Source: Thalia democratica
Taxonomy: Eukaryota
DNA length: 64,000 nt
NCBI GenBank assembly: GCA_965202585.1
Contig: OZ241826.1
Location: forward strand, 114,948,001-115,012,000
Direction: 5' to 3'
Shown: one piece after another, positions 50,340 through 62,043 of the stretch
Numbering within the stretch: the first letter of the stretch is position 1
Layout of the letters: every line of letters starts with the position of its first letter
Translations under genes and position numbers: made by a program
Notes under the pieces: generated by a model
What the model saw: only the letters and a program-made list of their open reading frames with translations
What the model was told of the DNA's origin: nothing
Databases searched by the model: none

Positions 50340-51520
50340 AACCTGATTTCTATTTGTAAATGGAAAGGTGAGACTAATGTTTTTTGAACATAATAAAATA
50401 TAAATATTATAGTTAAAAAAATTATATTTTCTTATAGTGTAAACTAGATACAACGTTTAATACTAAATATTTAAAGTAAATGCATAGATATTTTATTTAA
50501 AAGATCAATTGAGTACTAAACCCTTTAAAAAAGTAATTTTTTAAGAAAAATAAAGTCAAAACAGTCAAAGTAAATAAGTTAAATAAAAAATATTATAATA
50601 AGAATACTTATTATTACAAAGTTGTTACTATCTAATCAAAAAAGTGTCCTGAAAGATATTTTATTGACTAGAGTCATTCTGAAATTTTTAAAATCACTTA
50701 AACCAAGTCTCCAGCAAAATTGGTTTTAAATTAAGAAACTATTCCAACTAATTCAAGAAAACCTTATTTAAATTCTAGAAAACAATTGGCCTAAGATTTT
50801 TTTAAATACTTATCTATTTAATATCCTTGGTGTTAAATACAAAATCATAAATATCTTGAGTCAGCCTGGGTTTAAAAAACACTTTAAAAAATTATCCTAA
50901 TTAATACTGAGTAAGTGTACTGAGTAATACTGAGATTTTCCAAAAAGTTGAAAAAATACTTTGAGTAATACTGAGTACCCTGAGTATGTGGTAACTCTTT
51001 ATAAAAGTTTTTCACATAAATACCACTTATTAAATACCATTTATAAAAATTTTATGCGTTGTTTCAATTAAACTTATGTGGACTGATTTAAAGTTGGTTC
51101 CAATATGGGCTTTGAAGTCTCTTAGAGTTGAACAATACTCGAGGTGGTTGACAAATATACAAAAAAAAAATTAACCTTTATAAGTCTATACTGTTACATG
51201 CTGTTTATGAGAATAATTTATATAAAGATTTTCTTTATTTTAAAATAAAAATAATTTTGAAAACCAACTTTTTTTGAATTAATAACTATATGATCTATTA
51301 AATTGTGGCAAATAAGTTTCTAATTTATAATACCATAGTTTCAATATTATGAAATATTTAAGTATTTTTAAACTAATATTAAATAAAAACTGGTCATAAT
51401 TTTTAATATTTTAACTTCATTCAAACTTCTAATTTTAGTTAGTAATTTTTAAACAACAAAACATTTTTAACTAATAAAAAGGAGTGCCAGACTTGTAGTA
51501 AAATTTTTATAATTGTTAAT
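50340..51520. repeat. Orphan partial upstream module, oriented opposite to the gene E module
   Basis: 50370 matches 5467; 50640-50690 matches 5770-5810; 50990 matches 6090; 51305 matches 7760. It is inverted relative to ~53280-54450. Confidence 0.7.
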
Positions 51521-52370
51521 GTAATTCAAATGATTTACAATTTTATATTAACAGAAAAAAATATTGAAAGCAATATTTTGTATCTAAAATTTGTTTTTTT
51601 AAATACTTATATAGTTCATATTTAACAAGTTAGTGTTGTCTACAAACTTTTAAAATTACCGTAGCAGAAACAAAACCAGTTTTTAGTATTGAATTTTTTT
51701 AAAGTTTAAAGTAATCATGATCCAGTTGTTGAAGTTTGAAAAATTCATTGTTGATAAAACAAAGGGTTCTGAAGTTATTGACAGTTAGTGCAAAAAACTG
51801 ATTGCTTTAAATTTAACCCACTAGCATTTAAAAAAATATATTTCGATGAAAAACACATTCTAAAAATTTTAAAATGTCTGGTTAAAACATGAAGGTTTTT
51901 CACCTAATATTTGCTGAGTCATCAAAAAAATAATTTTGATAAATGTCAATTATTTTATCAACTATTAATATTTTTAGTATTTAAAACTTTATTTTTTCAT
52001 AAACTTATAATATATATTCGGATTAGGTAAGTAATAGATATAGAATAATAAAGAAAAACAATAAAATTATAAAGTTTTGCTAATTCAGCAAATATTAAGG
52101 GAAAATATACACATTGTAATCGAACTCATTTTAAAATAACATATTACCATTAGTTTGTTACGATGTAGACAAAAATAAAAGGTCAAAAGAATCAAGATGT
52201 TTAATTGAAAATCATAAATTTTATGTGTATAGATTCCCCAGAATTGAAACATAAAAAAACAAATTTTGTTTTATTTGCCGGACATACTAGTAGTAATATA
52301 AGTGAAGATTAATTATAATACCGTATAATTGTATGATGTATATACTAGAAAAGTGTCATCAATCCCCGAT

Positions 52371-52550
52371 ATGATAAAATGTGATAGTAACCGCTATTTA
52401 ATTGTTGTGAAAGATTAATTATTTGGTGTTAAAACAAACGGTTCTGAAGATTTTGTCAATTTACAAAAAAAAATATTGCCCTTAAAAAACAGTTTAATTT
52501 GATTAAAGCTTTATCAATCGAATCTGGAAACATGATACTTCGAAAAGTCT
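52371..52550 (+). pseudogene. Decayed kelch fossil (blade 5 fragment), paralogous to the 32.3-kb fossil
   Basis: Translates to MIKCDSNRYLIVVKD*LFGVKTNGSEDFV, matching the 32532-32308 ORF. It is followed by the same inverted-repeat element. Confidence 0.65.
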
Positions 52551-52565
52551 TGTTGAAGCGTTGAG

Positions 52566-52777
52566 GTGTTTCAGCTAGTATTTGCTGAGTCGGCAAAATA
52601 AAATTGTTTTATAATAAATATAAAACATTTTATTATTTCTTTTTATCATTAATTTATAATATTAAATCTTTAATTAATCTATGATATATTTGAGTATGGT
52701 GGTAAATAAATATGGAATAAAAACAAAAAAAGAAAATTAGAAAAATCTGCTGACTCAGCAAATATAAGGGGAAACAC
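52566..52777. mobile_element. Paralogous copy of the TGCTGAGTCAGCA inverted-repeat element (a more degenerate copy lies at ~51894-52107)
   Basis: GTGTTTC..TTTGCTGAGTCGGCA at 52566-52595 and TGCTGACTCAGCA..GAAACAC at 52748-52777. Confidence 0.62.
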
Positions 52778-54340
52778 ATCCACATTATAATCGGACCGGA
52801 CCCATTTCAAAATAACAAATTTCCAGTAACTTGTTATTCTGTAGACAAAAAAGTTGGTCAAAATAATCTTGATGTATTATAGAAAATCATATTTTTTTGT
52901 GTGTAGATTCCCCAGTATTAAAACATTTTTATATCAACTGCGTATTATTTGTTGGGCATAGTGTTGTAGTTTATAGTTGAAATACTTCTTCTATTTTTAG
53001 AATGATTTTTTTAATACATTTTTAGAATATTTTTTTTTTGTTTTAGATAATAATTTCAAGATAAATAAACATAAACGTTGTTAATTCACATGAGTTTGTT
53101 TTGACTACACACGATTAAAAAAATAAAAACCATTTTACTTCAGTAGCCACAGCTCATACTATAGTAGTACTTGGAATAAAAATATTTTATACAAAGTAAA
53201 GTTTACATATTCTCTATTTAAATAAAAAATGTGTATTAGTTACTTTAAATAATATTATTGAATATAAAGTTTTAACTAAAAGTTTGCCACTCTCTTATAT
53301 TAATATATAAGTTTTTTTTACACTTTTAAACGTTTAAGTTTGAATAAAGATAATAAATTCAAATTATAACCATTTTATTTTTTTTTTCGTTTTGAAAAAT
53401 ATAGTTTTTTATCAATACTGAACTTATAAAATCATTAGTGGGAAAAATCTGCCACAACTTAATGGAGCATGTCATTTTTAAATTATAAAAATATTCAAAA
53501 TTAATTTTGCTTTAAATTTTTTTTTTTCTTTAGTTGTAGCAGAAACCTTTGTAACAGTATAAAAAGCAGATTTTTTTTCACTATTTGCCAACCACTGGGT
53601 TTGTATTTTGAACATGTTCACTTTAGAGATTTTTGAAAGCACTTAATAGGACTTATTTAACATCAGGCCACACAAATTTGATTCAAACAAAGTTAGTATA
53701 TAAATACTAGTGACAAAAATTATTAGTTTTAGTATTAATGTCAAAAATATTTGTACAGGGTTGCCACACACTCAGGATACTCCGTATTACTCAAACTATT
53801 TTTAAAATTTTGAAAATATCAGGATGACTCTGTATAACAGAGGAGAATTTAAATTTGATTTTTAAAGTTAGGCAGGCTCAAGATAGTTATGTTCTTCATT
53901 GAAAAACTGAGAACTGTTTTAAGATTTTAAAAATCACAGGCCATTTTGTTAATTTTGAATTAGATTTAGATGAATTAATTAAAATATTTTTTATTCAATA
54001 CCCAATTTATTAAATAAGTTGTTTTTTGGTGAATTTTAAATGTTTTTAGTTTTCTTAATATTTCTAAAATTTCAGGATGACTCAATCAATTAAATGGCAT
54101 TCAGGACAGTATATTTCACTAAAAAGGTAGAATCTCTGTTATAATAATAAGTATTTACAAAAAAAAGACCTTTCATTCATTTATTTAAAGAAAACTTATT
54201 TACTTTGACTGTTTTAAGCTAATTTAGCATAGTAAAAAAACACTGCGACAAAGGGTTAACTATAAAACTGATGTTTTTATAGAAAAAACCAATTATACAA
54301 TTATGTTAAGTCACTGAAGATCAAATGTTTTAGGAAATTT

Positions 54341-54862
54341 TGATTATAAAGAAATATAAATGTTTTGAAATATATTTTCAAATTATAATGTTTGTAAAAC
54401 ATCAGTCTCATTCTTCAGTATAGAAGGATAAGTCAGGGTGTCCAAACAACAAAACCTAGAATTGGTAAAAAACCTGTAGTTTAAGAAATTTTTCAAATAA
54501 AGTTTGAATAATATTGATTTTAAAAATCTATTTTAAACTAATTTTATATATTACAGGGTTGCCACACACTCAGGGAATTCAGGGAAACTAAGGGAATTTT
54601 GATTATAAAGAAATATAAATGTTTCCAAATATATTTTCAATTTATAACGTTTGTAAAACATCAGTCTCATTCTTCAGTATAAAAGGATAAGTCAGGGTGT
54701 CCAAACAACAAAACCTAGAATTGGCTAAAAGAACTGTAATTTGAGAAATTTTTCAAATAAAGTTTGAATAATATGGATTTTAAAAATCTAGAGTTTTAAA
54801 CTATTTTTGCATATTACAGGGTTGCCACACACTAAGGGAACTCAGGGAAATTGAGGGAATTT
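54341..54862. repeat. 259-bp direct tandem duplication
   Basis: TGATTATAAAGAAATATAAATG at 54341 and 54600. Both copies contain CAGGGTGTCCAAAC and CAGGGTTGCCACAC. Confidence 0.92.
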
Positions 54863-55205
54863 TGACTCTCTTCTTTTAACTCAGGGAAACTCATGGCAGT
54901 TTTAGATTTTTCTAAAAACTTCAGGAAAATTTTAAGATTTTTTAAAAAATCTCAGATAAACTTTTTTCTAGATCTTTTATAAAGTTTAGTTAGTTCAGCT
55001 TTAATATTATGTTCAATAAAAATAGATTTTTTTTTTAAGTGCTTATTTAGAAACTTTATAGCCTTGCAGCTAGTTCTTCAATATTCTTAGAATAAAAATT
55101 GTATTTAGTAATAAATTAAAAGAATTATAAGGGTTTGAATAAACTAAAGGAAGCTTAAGGTTACTCAGGGAAAATTCTTTTTCTACTAAAAGAAGGACAA
55201 CCCTT
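54817..55205. mobile_element. Copy of the same MITE insertion in the gene E module
   Basis: CAGGGTTGCCA...GGACAACCCTT, flanked by ATATTA/ATACTA. Nested in host element 54693-55408. Confidence 0.8.
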
Positions 55206-58200
55206 ATACTAAGTACTAAAACTTTGGTTTGACACAAAAAAATATGATATAAAATAAAATTTCTTGTCAATATCGATTTCATTTATAAAAAACTACATTC
55301 AAAGTAGCTTTACAGTATTTTAATTTGTTGAACACAACTTCACACAGTTTTTAATTTTAAACTAAATAAACCCAAAAACGAGTATTTAAAAAATCAGTGG
55401 CCACCCTGATAAATTTTTAAGAAGGTTTATTCATGTTTATTTCTATCATATTAGTTAAAATTAAAGTAAACAAAAGTAAATTCTATCTTTTTTTACTCAA
55501 AAAAATCTCTTGGTGACATGTTGTTTGGATAACACTCAAAAAATAAGATTTTAACATTTAAAAATACAAAGGGAAAATTATTGAGCTCAAAACCCAACCA
55601 ACCAACAAAATTAATTTAACAATCCAATCATGTGATCTTGACCTGTGAATCAATATGTTTTGACCTTAAAATTTAAATACTATTAAAATCTATCCATGGT
55701 ACTAAATTATTGGTAAATAATATCAAAGCAAAAGTTATATTAGGTTTTTAATGTGGCTATTATACTTAAAACTATATTATTGAATATAAAATTCACGTTG
55801 CAAAAAACAATCTTGTAGTTTTTGAAAAAATAAAAAAGATAAAACTTTGAATGTTAAAATTATGTTAAATCTGGAAATTTTTCATGTTTTATTTCTATAA
55901 CTTTAACTTTACTTTGCAATGAAAAGACCATTATATCAATAATAATCAAAAACAATTCTTAATTAATTTTATATTGTTTTAAATTTAACTCACACACATT
56001 TAGAGTAATATTTAGTAGTTATATAAATTTTAAAATATTTGTTACTAATATTTATTTTTTATTAAAAGAAATAAGAAATGTGTTTCAATAACCTAGAAAA
56101 TTATTCTAAAAATAGATTGTCACTCTGCTACAAAATAGAAAGCAAAAATTATGTTAGTCACAGTCTTCGTCATGAATATACAACTTAATTCCTAAACTAA
56201 GATCTTTTTATTATATTGTTATTTAAAACGATAAACAAAAGTTATCTGTAAGTTTAAGCTAAGGACCTTGTCTACTAAAAACCTTTAAGTTATCGAGTAG
56301 TACACACATACTTAAAGTAAATAATTTAAGTATCATTACATTCAAGAAGTTTTCAGTTATTTAAACTGACAGTTAAAATTAAAGCCATTAGAAAAGATAA
56401 ATGTGTCAAAAAGCTAACTTAAGCTCTTTTACAACAGCTTGATAATGAGTTTGCAAAATCCAAGTAACTTTTTATAATATACATAATTTTTCCTTGACTT
56501 TTAAAATTTAGTGAAACTATCTTATCTTGCAAGGGATATTGTAAGTTTTGTAAAAAATATATAGATGTGTATAATGGGATAATGTTTTTGAAACTTATAT
56601 CTATCCTTTATTTTTTTATAAAGAATGTTTATATTTTTTACAAATAGTTTCTAAGTGAAGTACAAACTTTCAAATATCAGAAAAAGTCTTTAGTGACTAA
56701 AACAATTATTTTTTTTTATAAAGCAGCCCTATACTAAATTACACATTATTCAAAAATTTCTACTGCTTTTTAAGAGAATTTTTAATTTTAACTGTTAAAA
56801 AACAACTATTGCTAGTTGCAGGGTTGCTTTGTTGCCATACACCATAACTCAGTCTATCTGACCTTTCTATTAAATTTAAAGTTAGTTTAAAACTATCTAT
56901 TTTATGTATTACTATTAATATTTGGTAACCTTTAGTTTCTTATGCATAATAAGGAGTAATTTATGTTAAGTTTTTTTGTTTAATAATATTTTTAAACTTT
57001 TTATTAAGACAGGGTGACTTAGACTAACTGGCTTTAGTTCAAGCTCTATTTTCTTGTATTCAAAGAATGACACCTTGTTTAAGTTTTTTACATAAGTTTA
57101 TTACAGCCAGCAGTGTCACTTTTATTTTTATTGGGTCTAGAATTTAATTTTATTAATTTAAATACTTTATAAATACAAGTAATTTTTTTATTGTTTATTT
57201 TGTTTTAAGCATTTAAAGAAAACCCTACAATTTGTATTAAATGATCTAGTTATAAACAAGAAAACCTATAAAAAGTTAATAACATCATCTTTAGATAAAC
57301 TTATGTTGCCAAATAAATTGAAATTGTATTTAATGAATTTTTTGATTAAAAAATTAAATTTTATCTTAGTGGTTAATGTAGCATTTACACTAAAAAAAGT
57401 TTACCCCTACCAGCTAAGTACTTGAAATTAGAAAAAATGTATTTGACCGAAATAATGTAAAAGAAGTGTTTAAGGCAATTGTGTTGACTGCACTTTTTTT
57501 ATTTTTCAGTTTTATTTCAATCTTGCTTAAAATTATAAACTTAAGAAAACTAACTTTATTGGCACTCATTAAGCTTTAAGTTTTTTTTTAGTAAGAACAA
57601 TGAATTATTTTAATAAGTTATTAGAATAAAATATGTTTTTATGTATCCGGAAATTATAAAACTTAAATTTATATGTATAAAATTATAACATAAGGGTTGT
57701 CACACACTCAAAATAACTAAGGATATTTGTATATATTTCGGACTGACCCAAGATGTTAATTTTATAATAAAAATTCATATCAGTTTGCAAAGAGTATTCA
57801 AACATTCAGGATAATTATATAAATAAATACCATAGATAGATAAATAAAGAAAATCTACGCATGACTCGGAACTATTTAGGTTTTCTAAAATGAACTCAAT
57901 CTAGTTTTATTCTCAGGCCAGTATTTTAGACATAAATTTAGGGTTATTATAACTATCTAAAATATTCTTTATAAAGTTTAAAAAACAAACTAAAAATATT
58001 TGGTCATTTCACTTCTTGAAAAAATTTAGTGTTAAGTTTAATGTAACAAATATTCAAATAGTTTTCACATACTCTACTTAGTTTGATTCAAGTTCATTTG
58101 TTCTTTTTATCAAAACACAGGTTGGCTAACTTTATTATATATAGTTTTTTCAAGTATTTTTTTCTTTATTTTATTTTCATTATTGTTTTCATATACTTTT

Positions 58201-58871
58201 CTGTTTTACTATACTACTTTTCTATAAATATAAGTCTTAATACTTTATTATTTTTCTTATATCACTCCCTGCTCTAAAACCTTTAAACATTTTATTTGTT
58301 TTTATTTAAACAATACTGTAGTATTAAAATGATGTCTATTATTTTTAGAAATAGGAATCTGTAAGTTACAAAAAAAAAAAATGAGCTCAATTTAAAAAAT
58401 GTATCAACTTTTTGTGTGGTTGAATATTTTGTTATTATTATGCTTTTTTTTACTATTTTAAAACCATTTGAAAGAGATACAAATTACAAATTCATAGTTT
58501 TATTCATGATTACTCACTAAGTATTTTTAATTAAATTTGTTTGATACAACAAAGAATTCTTATAGTGTTATTATATACTATTTTTTTAAGTGCTAACAAA
58601 CTTTTAATTTTAACTTTAATATTTTTTTAATAATAGCAAGAATATAGTTAAGTAATTTAATTTATATAATTTTTAAGCAGAACTTTTGTTAATTTAAAAC
58701 TGTTCTTTTCCAAGTTAAAAATTTTTTAGTCTTTAAAATTATTTTCCTAATAAACTATTTGTTACAAGTTATATCTTAGCAAAAAATATATAATTATTGG
58801 AATAGCCAAATATATTGAAACTATTACTTTCAGATTTTTTTATAACAAGATAAACAAAATATCATCAATTC

Positions 58872-61800
58872 ATGTCAAGTGAATGTAATATGGACCACAT
58901 TGATGTTAAAAGAATAAAGCTTGATGAAAACCATCAACAATTAGCAAGTGTTGGTGCAACTTGTAGAAATTCAGTAGTTGATTGTTTTCAAAACAAATGC
59001 ATGCAGTTTTATTCAAAACAATTAGATGATAAAAGTGTACGAGCTTTTAATACTTTTAACAATACAGGTAAGATAATTCAAACAATATTTAACATTGACC
59101 ATTTTTTTATAACTAGTTAATATTAGCTGTATTAAAAGAAATTTAAAAAAAATTTTAACATTAAATATTTTTGACATATTAGTTTTAATTTGTTAGTTAT
59201 AGCAAAATTTTAATCCTTAAAAATTACTTATAAAAAATAAGACTTAGTACTGTTATTTGATATTAACAAAATATATTTTAGAATTTTCAAAACTTTAAAC
59301 TCCATTAAGAAAACTTAAGCAAATATATTAAAAAAAAAGAAATTAAGAGCATAATAGAGCTTAGAGATATTTTTTAACATTAGTATTGATTTTAAATAAA
59401 TTGTAAAGGTAAACTATAAGTAATTAATTCAATTAATAAATATTATGATAAACTTGGGACTTGTTTTTTTTTTTTAATTGTTCCAATATTATCTAATTTA
59501 CTAGAATATTTTTACAGTTAAACTATACAGAAATCCAAAAACTCAAAAAAAATACATTTTTTTTTAACGTTTAATACTAAAGTATTCAGGAAACAATTCT
59601 ATAATTTTGAAAACCTTTTTGTAAAGATTGAGATAAATTATCACTCAAAAGAGGAATATACATATAAAAATGTCTTCTTAAATTTATTTAGATATTTTTA
59701 AGATTTTTAAGATTTTTCTTTATTTTTGTAGAATAGTAGTGTTTGGTATTTATCTAAGGTTTTAGAAAGATTGTTTTAACTGTCGAAGAAGATATATTTA
59801 TAACTATATAATCTTTTTCTGCTTTTTTAACTCATTATTTATCAAAGTATTTTATTGAACTCTTCTATTTTGTCCTCTAATATGTTAAAATTATTGATAT
59901 TCAAGAGACTCTTAAAAAGTTAAGTTGTTTAAAATAAGTATAATAAATAAAACTAGTTGTTTTTTATGTAACTATGTTTTTAGTAGAATTTAAAAAATGT
60001 GTTAAAATAATGCAAAATAATATAAAATTTAACAAAGTTTAGTTTAAAAAGTCCTTTTTGTCGATTCCATATAAAAAACCACTTATTTATAGTTGTTTTT
60101 TTGCAATTAACGATAACTACCAAGTCTAGAAACTACGACTTAGATTAATACACAGCTAATTTTTAAAACAGCAATAAAGATATTTCCATCCTAATAAAAA
60201 ATGTTGCAGATTTAAAATCTTTTGTATTTTGAAGACATTGTTATCTTATTTTCATATTAAACCCAAGAATATCAAACTTGATTTCAAAATATGTTGTAGA
60301 GTGCCAGAATTACATTCTTGTGGGTTTTTCCGTTTAGGGTCTGGATTTTATTAAATTTTATAAACAATTCCAAGCAAAATCTCCTATCAGTGATCTGCTT
60401 GTAGACTACCTCTATCTTACAATTTTTAATTAAAAAGAGTAATATTATGATTTATATTTAATTTATTAACAACAATTAAAAAATTCGTGTTGCAATAATT
60501 GATATAGAATAATATTGCGATAATATTTTTATTGATAATGCAGGTTTCTAGTTCTTAATAAGTATTAACTATTTTGAGCATTTTTATAATTATAATACAA
60601 GTATATTTTTTAGATGTATCAAATCTGAAAGAAGATGAAATCGTGTTAGCATTAAAAATAAACAAGCTTCTGCAAAGAAAAAATACAATTACGAAGATCA
60701 GCAAAATCCTTCAAGACAAATTAACAATTAAAAATGTTGTCGCATTTTATTGTTTAGCTAAATGTTACAACCTAGCTACTATTTCAAAGTCATCATTGCA
60801 ATATATAGAACGTTGTTTTCCGATGGTTGTTGAAACTCAAAACTTTTTACATTTAGACCTCAGTCTTGTTGCAAAAATACTTGCAAGTTCTGAATTGGAT
60901 ATTCACTCAGAAGTTGAAGTATTTAACGCAGCAATTAATTGGTTGAAATACAACAGTGAACAACGTAGCAAATATGCAAAACAATTGTTACTAAAAGTTC
61001 GATTTTCTTTGGTGTCAGAACATGCATTAAAACATGTTTTAGATTCTAGCTCTCTATCAAATGAAATTCAGGAGTATAACAAAGAATTAAAAGAAATTTG
61101 TTTAAACCAGCTAAATAAAAAGACAGGTAGTTGTTATACAAACAGATATTGTAGTCAAAACTTGTTTAAGTTCTTAATTTGTGGTGGTTCGAATACTCAC
61201 TCTTTAATATCTGCTGGTTTTATTAGTAAAAATAATGACGCAGTAAATACGGTAATTCAAGTAGATGGAAGTGACTTAAACAAAGCGAAAGTTCTTTCAC
61301 CAATGAAATTTGAGAGAGAAGATTTTGAAGCTGTTTGTTTAAAAGGAGAAGTTTACGTATTTGGTGGTCGCGGTAAGTGTGGTACTAAAATAATGTCTGT
61401 TGAAAAATATTCACCTTCTAATAATACTTGGAGTGAAGTTGCTGATTCGTTCGATAATCGTGAAAACTTTCGTGCTTGTGCATTTATGGATAAAATATAT
61501 ATTGTTGCTGGATATTTCCGTCATAACTTTGAAGCAACTAACTCTTGTTTACAATTTGATACAAAAATCAAAAGATGGAAAAAAGTTGCTAAAATAAAAG
61601 AAAAAAGAAGTGATTTAGCGTGTGTAGTTTTTCAAGGAAATATTGTAGTTTCCGGTGGAATGGATAATTATGGTAATTATTTGAACTCAGTAGAATCATA
61701 TGATGTATTTGGTGATAAATGGTCACTAATGCCATATACGATAAATAACAATGTTTATCATAATCTAGTTGTTGTTGAAGATAAACTATTTGTTATTGGT

Positions 61801-62043
61801 TGTGGATTTAACAATTGTGAAGTTTTTGACAACAACTGTAAGAAGTTTATAGCTTTGAAATCACACAACAGTATTATTTTTTTAAACAAGGCCGTGTCTA
61901 TAGGAAACCAAATTGCAATGTTTCAAAATAACAGTTCATCAATAATATTTTATGATGTTGAAAAAGATGAATGGTCTAAAGAATCATTTGAATTCACAAA
62001 ACATCTTCAACAATTCGCTTGTGCAAAGTTACCTTGGTATTAA
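58872..62043 (+). CDS. Gene E: intact BACK-Kelch (KLHL-like) protein, ~541 aa spliced (exon 1 58872-59067, intron 59068-60613, exon 2 60614-62043)
   Basis: Donor ACAG|GTAAGA and acceptor TTTAG|AT join in frame (196+1430 nt). BACK plus six kelch-like blades, ending in the family C-terminus CAKLPWY. Confidence 0.92.

Larger units (their letters stand above)
51900..60570. repeat. Gene E upstream module, exon 1 and intron; paralogous to the A, C and D modules
   Basis: Shared blocks include 52750-52960 vs 31950-32150 (rc), 53580-53800 vs 37640-37870, 57540-57980 vs 40230-40660 and 60370-60410 vs 42520-42560. Confidence 0.88.

Noticed and set aside
41585-62043. Assigning KEAP1, kelch or a specific KLHL gene symbol
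   Set aside because: No BTB domain and no diagnostic residues recognised; the family looks lineage-specific and orthology needs a phylogeny.
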